In this document: positions 18,752 through 27,756 of the stretch, one piece after another
Layout: each line of letters opens with the position of its first letter
How positions within the stretch are numbered: position 1 is the stretch's first letter
Source: Candidatus Saccharimonadota bacterium
Lineage (GTDB): Bacteria; Patescibacteriota; Saccharimonadia; Saccharimonadales; UBA4665
Length of the DNA: 64,000 nucleotides
Direction: 5' to 3'
Assembly (NCBI GenBank): GCA_036743655.1
Contig: DAINPB010000004.1
Span: forward strand, 15,788 to 79,787
Position numbers and translations under genes: made by a program
The notes under the pieces: model-generated
What the model saw: the letters and a program-made list of their open reading frames with translations, nothing else
Database searches by the model: none
Told to the model about the DNA's origin: nothing

Positions 18752-19168
18752 ATGGATTTCGAGCGAGGTGAAATTCTAGGTCGCCCAGCATTAGTTAATA
18801 AAGACGGGGTACGTTTCAGCCTCATTGATAATGAGCATGTTTCTTTCGGTGATGTTTGTCGTGGGCTAACACACCAGCAGGCTCAATATGGCAGCCGCTA
18901 TGTCAATGCGCATTTTGCTGACCAACACCCTTTTATAGGACAAGGCTTGCGAATCGTGGGAGACCCGAACGATTATCATGAGCTGGGCATACATCCGGAT
19001 GACATAGACGAGTTTGTCAAACGTTACGGTATTGCAAGGGCTTACGAAAGTGGCGTCGTCATAGAAGACGGCAGAACACGCGTACTAAGTGAACAAGAGA
19101 AGCTAGAAACGCACAATTATCTGGAGAGTATTGGTGCTTTCACCCCGTCCAACTCCTCAGACTTATAG
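18752..19168 (+). CDS. hypothetical protein (138 aa)
   Basis: ORF track. Preceded by module M2. No domain recognised. Confidence 0.6.
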   Translation: MDFERGEILGRPALVNKDGVRFSLIDNEHVSFGDVCRGLTHQQAQYGSRYVNAHFADQHPFIGQGLRIVGDPNDYHELGIHPDDIDEFVKRYGIARAYESGVVIEDGRTRVLSEQEKLETHNYLESIGAFTPSNSSDL

Positions 19169-19235
19169 TCGCGAAGTACGTCCACTAAAAGAAGCCAAGA
19201 TTGACATTAAGTGTCTATAGTGTTGTACTCTATAT
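19169..19235 (+). promoter_or_regulatory. upstream module M3
   Basis: tcGCGAAGTACGTCCACTAAAAGAAGCCAAGA, TTGACA, 17 nt, TACTCT-like -10, then the ATG at 19236. Confidence 0.5.
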
Positions 19236-19541
19236 ATGAGCGATGTGAGCGCTGAGTGTCCCGATTTTGAGAGCCCGCTTTGTGGGCTGAGTAATGTCCG
19301 CTCAAAACTAGCGTCTTATGGCGCATTCGTCCACGAGGGCAGATACAACAGTGTCGGCCCATTTGAAAATGGACTTGAACAAAAAGACGTTATCATAGGC
19401 CTAGCATCATCCGGCGAAGAAAGTATTTGGGATAGTGCAAATTTAGGGTGTTTGGCTTGCGGGAAATGCCTGACAGTCACACGCGAGATAGATGGGCATT
19501 TCGTCACAATACGTGATGATTTAAGCTTCAAGCGCGACTAA
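19236..19541 (+). CDS. hypothetical Cys-containing small protein (101 aa)
   Basis: ORF track. Preceded by module M3. Confidence 0.55.
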   Translation: MSDVSAECPDFESPLCGLSNVRSKLASYGAFVHEGRYNSVGPFENGLEQKDVIIGLASSGEESIWDSANLGCLACGKCLTVTREIDGHFVTIRDDLSFKRD

Positions 19542-19554
19542 CTCAGTCAAGATC

Positions 19555-19640
19555 GTTGCGAAGCTTGTCCACTAGGAGGAGCCACGTTGGACACTAAAGG
19601 CACCCGTGACGCTTGGCACGCAGTCACTCTTTTATGTTAG
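19555..19640 (+). promoter_or_regulatory. orphan module M4 (best motif copy, no downstream plus-strand gene)
   Basis: GTTGCGAAGCTTGTCCACTAGGAGGAGCCACG TTGGACA..., followed only by a decayed promoter-like stretch and then the 3' end of a minus-strand gene. Confidence 0.45.
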
Positions 19641-19657
19641 ACGCTAGCTCCTTGTTC

Positions 19658-19936
19658 TCAACGCGTTATAAGAATAAAAAACGCTTTCGGGAAAGGCTGC
19701 TTGTTGAAATACATTTCTTCGAGTCCATGCGCTAGGTAGAGCCCTAGCCCCAGGGCTATGGTTATTTTGTTTGCGTAAGCTAATCCGGCAGCTAGTATGA
19801 CCAGCCCCGTGACACTATGATGAACATGAACCTTGAGGTATCGTTTGTCATCAACCCTCTTGCTAACTTTCTTAGAAATCGGGTTGACTAACACTGTCAC
19901 AATAATGGTGAGAGCGGTAAGCAGAAAAATCTCCAT
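19658..19936 (-). CDS. small membrane protein (92 aa)
   Basis: ORF track. 2-3 TM helices. Lies in an AT-rich segment. Confidence 0.5.
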   Translation of the reverse strand: MEIFLLTALTIIVTVLVNPISKKVSKRVDDKRYLKVHVHHSVTGLVILAAGLAYANKITIALGLGLYLAHGLEEMYFNKQPFPKAFFILITR

Positions 19937-19945
19937 ACTAAATGA

Positions 19946-20797
19946 TTATAAGTAAATGGCCCAGATAATTATAGCCAGCAGGGCAGCGCTGGCTATGATC
20001 TGCTTGGGTAACACCTTTTCTTTGAGGACAAGGGAGCTGCCCGTATAGATCATTGCTGGGCCAAGTGCGAGCACCATGATGGTAAAGTTCAGCCCTAAAT
20101 GCTTTATGGAATAGAGCTGCAATAAGTTGCCGACGATATACATTACTCCCGCCCCGACGCCTAAAACGAGTTGATCATTTTTAATTCCTTTGAGCCGCGG
20201 CTTGAGAAAAACCCCCACCAATAGCAGGACGCCTGCCGACCGAAACAACAATAAATAAAACGGGCTGACGTGCTCCAGACTCACCTTATATACACTCGTT
20301 AAAACCGCCGACAACACTACGGCGACGAAAAGGTATGCCGTACCTTTATCGAATGCCAACTTGAGTTTCCGATTCGAATTGCTGGCGTACAAGATAGCCG
20401 TGCCAGCAATGATGGCAATAATGTACTTAGTATTTCTCTCCGAAGGGAAGAGCGCATACGCCAAAAAACCGGCCAAGATCGGTTGAAAATTACTGATGGG
20501 CTCACGCAAAGATAGATTCTTCGTGCGCAGCCCAACATAATCGAAGAAGTTCTGGCCAAAGGACACTATAATCATGAAAGCAATTAGACCAGCTGTCGCC
20601 AAGGTTATAGTCGGCATGGGCTGCCGGACAAAAACTGAGAATATGAGCAACCCAATCACCATCGTGACGAACAGCAGGAACAGGAGTCGATCAGGTAGAA
20701 TTTTGTTTTTTTGATAGTTGAGCTTGTCTGTGGTTTTGCCAATCGACTCCGCTACGGCAGAAAGCAAGGGATATATAAAGGTCATTGCCTCCATCAT
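19946..20797 (-). CDS. polytopic membrane protein, DMT/EamA-like transporter
   Basis: 283 aa with about 10 hydrophobic helices in two halves. The family call is tentative. Confidence 0.55.
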   Translation of the reverse strand: MMEAMTFIYPLLSAVAESIGKTTDKLNYQKNKILPDRLLFLLFVTMVIGLLIFSVFVRQPMPTITLATAGLIAFMIIVSFGQNFFDYVGLRTKNLSLREPISNFQPILAGFLAYALFPSERNTKYIIAIIAGTAILYASNSNRKLKLAFDKGTAYLFVAVVLSAVLTSVYKVSLEHVSPFYLLLFRSAGVLLLVGVFLKPRLKGIKNDQLVLGVGAGVMYIVGNLLQLYSIKHLGLNFTIMVLALGPAMIYTGSSLVLKEKVLPKQIIASAALLAIIIWAIYL

Positions 20798-20829
20798 ACT
20801 AGAACGAACGCTAATGCTACTATGTTATC

Positions 20830-21597
20830 GTGACCTTCTCCATCCTCTTCTGGAACATCTGGTATCTCAATCAGATCGATGCTACAAAACGTGAGCGCCT
20901 GCTGGATGAGCTCAAACGTTTAACCGATCTACACAAGCCAGACTTAGTAGCACTTGCCGAAGTCGTTAAACCGTCAGAAAAAACTACGGCTCCAGTAGTC
21001 GAATACTTACGTAAGTTAGGTTACGCCAATAGCCACTGCGCCAACATGGCGCAGCTTGACGACTATTGGATGTCCGGTGTTGCGCTGTGCTCCAAATTGC
21101 CGATGTGCAAGCAGCAACGCATCGTTATTAGCAAGAATGGTTTTGCTATAAAGCGCGGTTACGAGAACCTCAAGAAAGAAGTAATATCTGCACAAATTGC
21201 TCTTTCGGAAAAACAAAATTTTAATATTATCGTCGCGCATCCTACGGCCACAGTTGACTCACTGGAACAACATCAAATCGGCAAGAGCAGCCTTAATCGG
21301 CTCGTTCGATCCAAGCCCTATAGCAAAAATACGATCATGGTAGGCGATATGAACGAATGGCGCTTAATGCCCGGCTCTCTCAGGCACAAGGTTTCAGATG
21401 TGATGCGTGCACGAACTGGCTCAATCCTAAAACCAAGCTGGTACTATAACGCCCACCGCTTCACGCCGTTGCGCCTCAACTTAGACTACATATATTGGAG
21501 CAAGGGGAGTGATTTCTACCTGAAAGATTTTAAGGTGTTGTCGAGCACAATTTCAGACCACAGACCGCTTTTGGCTACGTTTGAGTACAACGCATAA
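20830..21597 (+). CDS. endonuclease/exonuclease/phosphatase (EEP) family protein
   Basis: N-terminal FWNIW, GDMNE, and the C-terminal SDHRPL signature. GTG start. Confidence 0.8.
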   Translation: MTFSILFWNIWYLNQIDATKRERLLDELKRLTDLHKPDLVALAEVVKPSEKTTAPVVEYLRKLGYANSHCANMAQLDDYWMSGVALCSKLPMCKQQRIVISKNGFAIKRGYENLKKEVISAQIALSEKQNFNIIVAHPTATVDSLEQHQIGKSSLNRLVRSKPYSKNTIMVGDMNEWRLMPGSLRHKVSDVMRARTGSILKPSWYYNAHRFTPLRLNLDYIYWSKGSDFYLKDFKVLSSTISDHRPLLATFEYNA

Positions 21598-21606
21598 GAT
21601 ATGTCT

Positions 21607-21649
21607 GTTAAGCAATGTGAGCTTCAAGACCGTTAGGCTAAGCCAAGCC
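21607..21649 (+). repeat. degenerate junction-motif copy M5
   Basis: GTTAAGCAATGTGAGCTTCAAGACCGTTAGGCTAAGCCAAGCC. The downstream gene at 21729 is SD-led (GAGGAGGAG). Confidence 0.35.
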
Positions 21650-21728
21650 TCTACTTAATGACTAGCCTATAGGACTTGTAAAAAATTCTAGAATGGTGCA
21701 TCCTTGATCTGATAGAGGAGGAGCTAAC

Positions 21729-22160
21729 ATGAGTACCAGACTAGAGTCAGACGGGCCAGCGGGTGAGGCACCTGGATTATTTGACCAACTTCAAGATGAG
21801 CAGCTACGGAAAAGCCTTGCTGTCCACTACAGCCGGGGTGCTTTTTACTCGGGACTTGATCTTGGAGATACATTCGATATCTCAGTCGACAGAGCATTAC
21901 ACTTAGTAATCATAAATAAAGAATGGTTAGACGGCATAGCTGAGCGTAGGGAGTTGACCGAAGGCACTACCGCCGAGGACGTCCAAGAAGCTATCAAAAT
22001 CGTGCAAGCTGGGGAGCGTGTTAGCGAACCAAACAATACCAGAAAGAAGATAGCCAGTGTGGCGCTTAGGCAAGAGCTACGGCCACCACACTCGGGATAC
22101 GTATGGCCTTTCAGCCTGCAGCGAGCTAGAGAGTTTTCTGCTCGCCGTCAACCAGCTTAA
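21729..22160 (+). CDS. hypothetical protein (143 aa)
   Basis: ORF track. Strong SD. Confidence 0.55.
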   Translation: MSTRLESDGPAGEAPGLFDQLQDEQLRKSLAVHYSRGAFYSGLDLGDTFDISVDRALHLVIINKEWLDGIAERRELTEGTTAEDVQEAIKIVQAGERVSEPNNTRKKIASVALRQELRPPHSGYVWPFSLQRAREFSARRQPA

Positions 22161-22204
22161 CGGCGTTAGAGCTGGCCAATTTTTCAGCGATTAGCGTAAA
22201 CGGC

Positions 22205-22927
22205 TCAATTTGGCGCACCAGTCAGCAATCTGCCCAGCTCTAACAATGTGTCCATAACGTCTGCTTCTGGTTTTTCAAAGTAGTGCGCTAAAGTACGCAT
22301 TTGGATTGCGCGCTGCCACTCAGGAGAGGCTTCAATGTAAGCATCGAGCAGTCGGGTGTGTTTAATTATTTGTCTCCGATGACTAGGAGCTGCTGCAGCT
22401 TGGTAAACTGTTAGTCCCTCTCGGTCAAGTCTTGTTGCCCAGGCTTGTCCCGCTCCTGCTGTGGAGTCTAATTCATTGTTAAGTTGGGTAACAGTAAGGT
22501 CGCGGCTCGTGGCAACTATAGCCACTACAGTTGCGTACTTGGTATCTGCGACAGTGGCACCATCACGACAGTTAACCTGATAAGCTGGAAGGCCGACCTC
22601 TGAAGACACATACGGAGTAAACAGCGTGCCGTGAGACGTTTGTTCGGGGATTGGGCCTGGTCGGACAGCTCCCACCTGCTGAGCAAGCCGAAAAATATAA
22701 GACAGACCCGCTCTATAACCTCGTTGGGCAGTTGATGCTAGAACATCATTAGCATGTTCATGAAGGTCATTGTCGCGAAATATGGTTGCTACTTCAGTCG
22801 CCGGCACCGGGTCTTCAGGCGACCACTGAAGATCACTTTCGGCTGCTCGTATAGCTTGGCGCAAGCCCCTGTCAACTACCAACGTCTCTTCGCCTGTCAA
22901 TAACTCGGCCGCCAGCTGTTGTTTCAC
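22205..22927 (-). CDS. hypothetical protein (240 aa)
   Basis: ORF track. GTG start. No domain recognised. Confidence 0.55.
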   Translation of the reverse strand: MKQQLAAELLTGEETLVVDRGLRQAIRAAESDLQWSPEDPVPATEVATIFRDNDLHEHANDVLASTAQRGYRAGLSYIFRLAQQVGAVRPGPIPEQTSHGTLFTPYVSSEVGLPAYQVNCRDGATVADTKYATVVAIVATSRDLTVTQLNNELDSTAGAGQAWATRLDREGLTVYQAAAAPSHRRQIIKHTRLLDAYIEASPEWQRAIQMRTLAHYFEKPEADVMDTLLELGRLLTGAPN

Positions 22928-23065
22928 AATATCTCTCCCTAATTACACCCTAAATATAACAGTATCTTTCTGGGCTGCAAGCATAAGGATTGCACGTTTG
23001 AGGCTATAAAATCTACTTGATCATTGTAGGTTTATTCTACCTTCAAGATGTTGAAAGCTTTTAAA

Positions 23066-23141
23066 GTTGCGGAGTGCGTCCAATAGGATGAGCCGGGCAT
23101 AAGCACCATGCAAATACCGCTTTTTGTGGTATTTTATTTTT
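23066..23141 (+). promoter_or_regulatory. upstream module M6
   Basis: GTTGCGGAGTGCGTCCAATAGGATGAGCCGGGC..., cATGCAA, AAATACCGC-ttttt-GTGGTATTT, -10 TATTTT, 6 nt, then the ATG at 23142. Confidence 0.55.
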
Positions 23142-23672
23142 ATGGAACACAGTGAGGCTCGGCCTGAATTGTCGTATATTCAACAAGCTAGACAAGAAAT
23201 ACCAAAATTGTTTGTCGATAAATATGAGTATGCTACCGCCCTGGCTGGGGCAGGCATTGCAGACCTATTGTTATCTGGGCAAGAACAAATTCTGCATATA
23301 GGCTCTACGGCAGAATTATTGGGGGGTTTCGCACTAAGCGCCGTTGGAGCGTTTGTGGATATAGCAAGCACTAGGAGACTATTCAGAACCAACGATGAGG
23401 CGCTAGCCAGTGGCATAGACATTGGACTATACGAATCCAATATGATGATGAACCGGCCCATGACAGCGCAAGATTTAGATGTTGCGCTTAAGAGAAAACG
23501 AACGGTGATCACGCAAGCAGGTGTTATTTTGACAAGTTTAGTGAGTCCCTATGTAGGTTTTGGCTTAGGGGGCGCAAGATTTACGGCAGCCTGGCTCAAC
23601 AGACGAAAAGAAAAGTTAGTTAAAAAAGCACTTGATTTTGCGTCCCAAGATCAATTGAATTCGTCGCGCTAG
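23142..23672 (+). CDS. hypothetical membrane protein (176 aa)
   Basis: The ORF track starts at a TTG at 23124, but its first six codons (MWYFIF) are the translated -10 box. The ATG at 23142 is preferred. Confidence 0.6.
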   Translation: MEHSEARPELSYIQQARQEIPKLFVDKYEYATALAGAGIADLLLSGQEQILHIGSTAELLGGFALSAVGAFVDIASTRRLFRTNDEALASGIDIGLYESNMMMNRPMTAQDLDVALKRKRTVITQAGVILTSLVSPYVGFGLGGARFTAAWLNRRKEKLVKKALDFASQDQLNSSR

Positions 23673-23674
23673 AA

Positions 23675-23743
23675 ATACGAAGGCGCTCAACAGGGGAGCC
23701 AGACTTAAGGTATCTTAGTTTTTATATTTTGGCTTATTCAAGG
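23675..23743 (+). promoter_or_regulatory. orphan module M7 (motif plus TATTTT box with no gene)
   Basis: ATACGAAGGCGCTCAACAGGGGAGCCAGAC, then ttaaggtatcttagtttttaTATTTT, running straight into the stop of the convergent kinase gene. Confidence 0.4.
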
Positions 23744-24934
23744 TTACGCGCCCGCATTAGTCGGGGTGGAAATTTCAAAATTCGATCCGACATTAGCCTT
23801 AGAAGTTACGTTGATAGTGCCTTGGTGCAAATCTAATATTTTCTTTGCCCAGTATAGACCGAGCCCTGTGCCTTTTGCTGAAGCTGAAAGGGGATTATCA
23901 ATTCTTGAAAATTTCTTAAATAATTTTTGCAGATCTTTTTTGCGTATTCCGACGCCATGATCCTGAATTGTGACTATCGTATGTGATTTGTCCTGGCGAA
24001 TATCAATAGTAATGTGCTTCCCGGCTTTGGAGTATTTCCCAGCATTGTCTAATACATTTTCCAGAACCATCAGCATGAGTTTGGGGTCAATACTAGCTAT
24101 CATTTTTGCCTTAGGCTTATTAAAAACGACCGTTTGTTCTCGGTTTTTGAATAAGATAGCTTGGCCTTTTATAGCTTTTTCGATCTGTATCGTCACGTCA
24201 CAAAAGGTTTTGTCCAAATAGACCTTACCAGCATCAACTTTTGCTACTCTGAGCAGATCCTCAATAATTTCAAGTTGTCGTTCGTTATTTCTGTAAGCAA
24301 CCCCGAGCATGTCAAGTTGATCCTTAGTTAACTGGCCAGCGTATCCCATTTGTAACATCCCGACATACTGCTTTACGGCAGTGGCAGGGGTACGAAGTTG
24401 ATGAGATGCCAATGATATAAATTCATCTTTCGCGTCGTTCAAACCTTGCAGCTGATCGCGTTGCTTAATTAAATTTTCTGTCAGCTCATCTGAGTCAAAT
24501 TTTAATTTCCACCGTTCGGTCACGTCTTCCATGGCCAGCAGGATTAGTTGCTTACTATCAACCTGTCGAGCATTGAGCAGTATGGTCTTTCGTCCAAGCG
24601 TTGGGAAGACGTGGGTTACGGCGTAGTTATTCAGAACCCTATGGGTGGGTAGAATGTTTTCGAGTAATAGGCGAAGTTCGGGTGCATCCCACTGGCTGTT
24701 GCCTAAGTCGTATATCCGTTTGCCTTCTGTATCTTTTTTGATTACTTTAAATTTAGTATAAAAGGATAAATTGGCAGTAACCACTCTCAAATCCTTATCG
24801 AGGATAATAAATGGCTCGCGGACGGTTTCTGTTATTTCTTTGTAGTAAATCATCTGCTTTTTTAACGCAGTGATACGATTGTCCTGATTTATCAACTTTT
24901 TTTGAGTGTTCTGGTCGTATCTGGTATTACTCAT
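23744..24934 (-). CDS. PAS-domain sensor histidine kinase (cytoplasmic)
   Basis: H-box SHQLRTP, N box NAGKYS, G boxes GVGI and GTGLGL, and a PAS-like N-terminal half. ATG at 24934 preferred to the GTG at 24943. AT-rich. Confidence 0.85.
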   Translation of the reverse strand: MSNTRYDQNTQKKLINQDNRITALKKQMIYYKEITETVREPFIILDKDLRVVTANLSFYTKFKVIKKDTEGKRIYDLGNSQWDAPELRLLLENILPTHRVLNNYAVTHVFPTLGRKTILLNARQVDSKQLILLAMEDVTERWKLKFDSDELTENLIKQRDQLQGLNDAKDEFISLASHQLRTPATAVKQYVGMLQMGYAGQLTKDQLDMLGVAYRNNERQLEIIEDLLRVAKVDAGKVYLDKTFCDVTIQIEKAIKGQAILFKNREQTVVFNKPKAKMIASIDPKLMLMVLENVLDNAGKYSKAGKHITIDIRQDKSHTIVTIQDHGVGIRKKDLQKLFKKFSRIDNPLSASAKGTGLGLYWAKKILDLHQGTINVTSKANVGSNFEISTPTNAGA

Positions 24935-25199
24935 GGCGCACACACTAATCCGATCTGGATTTGTTAAGACGATGCGGTTTTGATCAAATTATCTTCGATC
25001 GTGGGTAAACCGCCGTACCCTAATTGTGTTCCTTCCAAGCCACAATAGATGTAAGATATTCGTGTATTTACCATTAACGCTTATCGATTTGCATACATAC
25101 CGTTACATCATTGTGTTGATTGACCTCAAAGTTGCGAAATGCGCCAACAAAGGGGGACTATAGATTTACAGATATCATATTTTATGATATCTTACGCAT

Positions 25200-25526
25200 A
25201 TGATGAATAAAGATTTTCCTGAGGCTCCGTTCGATTCGAATGCTTCAAATGTTGAAAATGAAGGTTCGGCTCGCTCCCAAAGAATAGGCAATAAAACCTT
25301 GGCAGTTATTATAAGCGCTGGTTGTGGCGCTGTTTTCGTAGAAGCTGCTAATGGTTGGGCTGATTTCGTCACAGGGCACGAGGCATTTAAATATTCCTCT
25401 CCAAAAGAACAAGTCATTGCGTTAGCCATAGGCACAACATCCGGCCTGGTAGCTTTTGGTCGATTGGCATACAGAGACCTGCCCAAACAAGACGCGGCTA
25501 AAAATTCAAATCCGCCGCAGGCATAG
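25200..25526 (+). CDS. small membrane protein (108 aa)
   Basis: TTTACA, 17 nt, TATCTT, 6 nt, ATG. Two hydrophobic segments. Confidence 0.5.
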   Translation: MMNKDFPEAPFDSNASNVENEGSARSQRIGNKTLAVIISAGCGAVFVEAANGWADFVTGHEAFKYSSPKEQVIALAIGTTSGLVAFGRLAYRDLPKQDAAKNSNPPQA

Positions 25527-25533
25527 ACAGATA

Positions 25534-25568
25534 GTTGCGAAGTGCGCCCGCTATGGGAGCCCTAAGCA
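25534..25568 (+). repeat. junction-motif copy M8
   Basis: GTTGCGAAGTGCGCCCGCTATGGGAGCCCTAAGCA, 7 nt after the stop of the gene at 25200. Confidence 0.5.
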
Positions 25569-25684
25569 TTTAGCCTCTACTATTTCAATTATATTTATTA
25601 CGAAGCGCAGACATTGAAAAATTAAACTTCAACATTGTTGCGCGTATTTATCAAAAATGTTATGCTATCCTTCAAAGGAGCCAT

Positions 25685-26473
25685 ATGATTATTAGACCAG
25701 AGCTGGAAGTTGGTGGCATGCCGGTTATGACCGATGAAGTCGTTGAGCAGAATTGGGGTTACGAGTATTCAAGGCGCGAACAGCTGCAAGATGAACGGAC
25801 TCGATGGCGAATATTTGGCCCGCTTATTATAAATGTTCTTACAAGCGCTCTGCGCCATCCACGTCAGGCCCGTCAAGCCATATTGGATGCAGAAACTGAC
25901 GATGATTGGCCGGCACGGCGCTACCACATGACTGTTGTTACAGCCAATCGAGCCATCGATAGTTTCGTTACACATGACCAAGTTGCGTCGCACCTGGCGT
26001 TGGGTGGCCTCAAAGCTTACGCAAGCAAGGGCGATATCCTGCACACAGAAGACAATAGGCATATCGACGTCGGCCTCAAGACGGCACTCGACATACGCGT
26101 CACCGATCCAGAAACCTCGACGATGCAGTGGGACTTCATGTTCACCAACGGCTGGCCCGATACGGGCAATCACCAGTCGGCGCTCACCTTAACTACAGAG
26201 CTGCAGCGACCGGATCCAAAATTACCAGCCATGCATGTCATCAGCACTGTTGCCGCTCAAGACATTCGGACAGGTCAGCTCTACGCTGCTGCTGATTACA
26301 ATGCGCATACGCCAAATTCCGGTGAGCACCTTTATAGTCTTGTCAGCTCAAGCATTGGGCGCATGAATGCCTCACTGCAGCTTGACGATCTAAGACACCT
26401 CACGCTACTCGCCAGCGCCGATACGCCAACTTTGCAGTTGCAGCGCGAGTTACTGTCTGCACGGAGTTCATAA
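25685..26473 (+). CDS. hypothetical protein (262 aa)
   Basis: ORF track. SD AAGGAG. TGtTATGCT -10 upstream. Confidence 0.55.
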   Translation: MIIRPELEVGGMPVMTDEVVEQNWGYEYSRREQLQDERTRWRIFGPLIINVLTSALRHPRQARQAILDAETDDDWPARRYHMTVVTANRAIDSFVTHDQVASHLALGGLKAYASKGDILHTEDNRHIDVGLKTALDIRVTDPETSTMQWDFMFTNGWPDTGNHQSALTLTTELQRPDPKLPAMHVISTVAAQDIRTGQLYAAADYNAHTPNSGEHLYSLVSSSIGRMNASLQLDDLRHLTLLASADTPTLQLQRELLSARSS

Positions 26474-26585
26474 TTTGCCGTAGTCTTTGATCCGTCAGTG
26501 GAGCAGGGTAGGGGAATGCGATTTAAAGGCTTGCGGCAGCGCAGCAGCTAATTGAAGCCTGTCGGCACTAGACTCAAATTCTAGG
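26474..26585 (+). repeat. two degenerate junction-motif copies (M9)
   Basis: TTTGCCGTAGTCTTTGATCCGTCAGTGGAGCAGGG and ATTGAAGCCTGTCGGCACTAGACTCAAAT. Confidence 0.3.
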
Positions 26586-26664
26586 CTCGTCCAGAATGCG
26601 CGACCTCTGAGAAAATGTTTGATTTCTTTTTGCAATCAATATAATAGTATGTATAATTATATGT

Positions 26665-26937
26665 ATGGACTTTGAATGGAATGAGAGTAAGAACGCTGAA
26701 AATATTACTAAGCACCGTCTTTCATTCTACGAAGCCCAAGATGCCTTCTTTGATAAGAACCGGGTTATTTTGTTAGATACAAAACACTCTTCGAACGAAA
26801 AGAGATATTTCTGTATCGGTAAAACAACTAAGGGCGGCATCACCACCGTTAGGTTCACGATAAGAAATAGCCGTATCCGAATCATAGGCGCAGGATATTG
26901 GCGGAAAGGGAAGAAGATATATGAGCAACACAAGTAA
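26665..26937 (+). CDS. brnT: BrnT-family toxin (DUF497)
   Basis: FEWNESKNAENITKHRLSFYEAQDAFFD...RIIGAGYWRKGKKIYE. Overlaps the downstream antitoxin gene by 17 nt. Confidence 0.8.
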   Translation: MDFEWNESKNAENITKHRLSFYEAQDAFFDKNRVILLDTKHSSNEKRYFCIGKTTKGGITTVRFTIRNSRIRIIGAGYWRKGKKIYEQHK

Positions 26938-27181
26938 AGTTAACTACACCGACGCACCCCAGAAGATAGAGCAAGCCTTAGAGGATGCAACCATTGTTAC
27001 TGATTTCTTGCCATCTCCAGAAGAGCTTGTCCGTAAGACGGCGAAGGAAAAAATAACCATAGCTATCGATAAGCGCAGCCTTGACCTCTATAAGCGATAC
27101 GCCAAGAAGCATGATGCTAAGTATCAAACCATGATAAATGATGTGGTTGGTGCCTACGCCGATAAGTTTCTTGATCGGTAG
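26921..27181 (+). CDS. brnA: BrnA-family antitoxin
   Basis: Typical BrnA C-terminal region (ITIAIDKRSLDLYKRYAKKHDAKYQTMINDVV). Gene pairing with brnT. Confidence 0.75.
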   Translation: MSNTSKVNYTDAPQKIEQALEDATIVTDFLPSPEELVRKTAKEKITIAIDKRSLDLYKRYAKKHDAKYQTMINDVVGAYADKFLDR

Positions 27182-27309
27182 GCGTAAAGTCTTTAAGTAG
27201 CCCATTCATACCTCGAGTGTCACTAATGCTCTTGTCCTCTAAAGTTATGCTCCAGAGCTGAAGACCGAGTCAATACGCCTATGCTTAGTTGGTTTGTTAT
27301 GATTAAGAA

Positions 27310-27627
27310 ATGAAGCGAGCTCAAGTGCTGATTAATAAATATTTAAGTGCTCTGATAATTTTGATTATTGGCTTGTCTTTTATGACTTATGGAATGGTCG
27401 AAGCGCCTGTTATCGACAACAGCGCGGTTATTTATCAAAAGTATGATTGTTCCAGGGGTACTGCAGACGCCAGAAGTACTGATATATACTGCGGAAACCC
27501 AAAATTAGACTCAACTTACCGCTCGACTAAACACCACTTAGACAAGTGGACAAAAATTTCTGGAGTATTTATTGCGCTTGGCTTGCTAGATTTTGCCTAT
27601 CTATACCGCCAGAAGCGAGAATCGTAA
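27310..27627 (+). CDS. small membrane protein (105 aa)
   Basis: TGtTATGAT -10 lies 6 nt before the ATG. N- and C-terminal TM helices. Confidence 0.5.
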   Translation: MKRAQVLINKYLSALIILIIGLSFMTYGMVEAPVIDNSAVIYQKYDCSRGTADARSTDIYCGNPKLDSTYRSTKHHLDKWTKISGVFIALGLLDFAYLYRQKRES

Positions 27628-27663
27628 GCTTCCACATCTCCACCAGCTCAATTTGATCCGATT

Positions 27664-27756
27664 CGTTTTCGTCAAAGGGAGGAGAGCCAAGATTAAAACC
27701 AATATCTACAGGAGCATAAGGCCGCTATCTCCACCCTGGGGTAGTACAATATAACC
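27664..27756 (+). promoter_or_regulatory. upstream module M10
   Basis: CGTTTTCGTCAAAGGGAGGAGAGCCAAGATTAAAAC, then TACAAT 6 nt before the GTG start at 27757. Confidence 0.4.

Noticed and set aside
23124-23141. A shared N-terminal peptide MWYF(I/C)(F/L)M in three ORF-track proteins (23124, 38362, 43835) looked like a conserved signal or leader peptide.
   Set aside because: It is the translation of the conserved promoter -10 region (TTG TGG TAT TTT ...) from an upstream TTG. The real starts are the ATGs 18 nt downstream.
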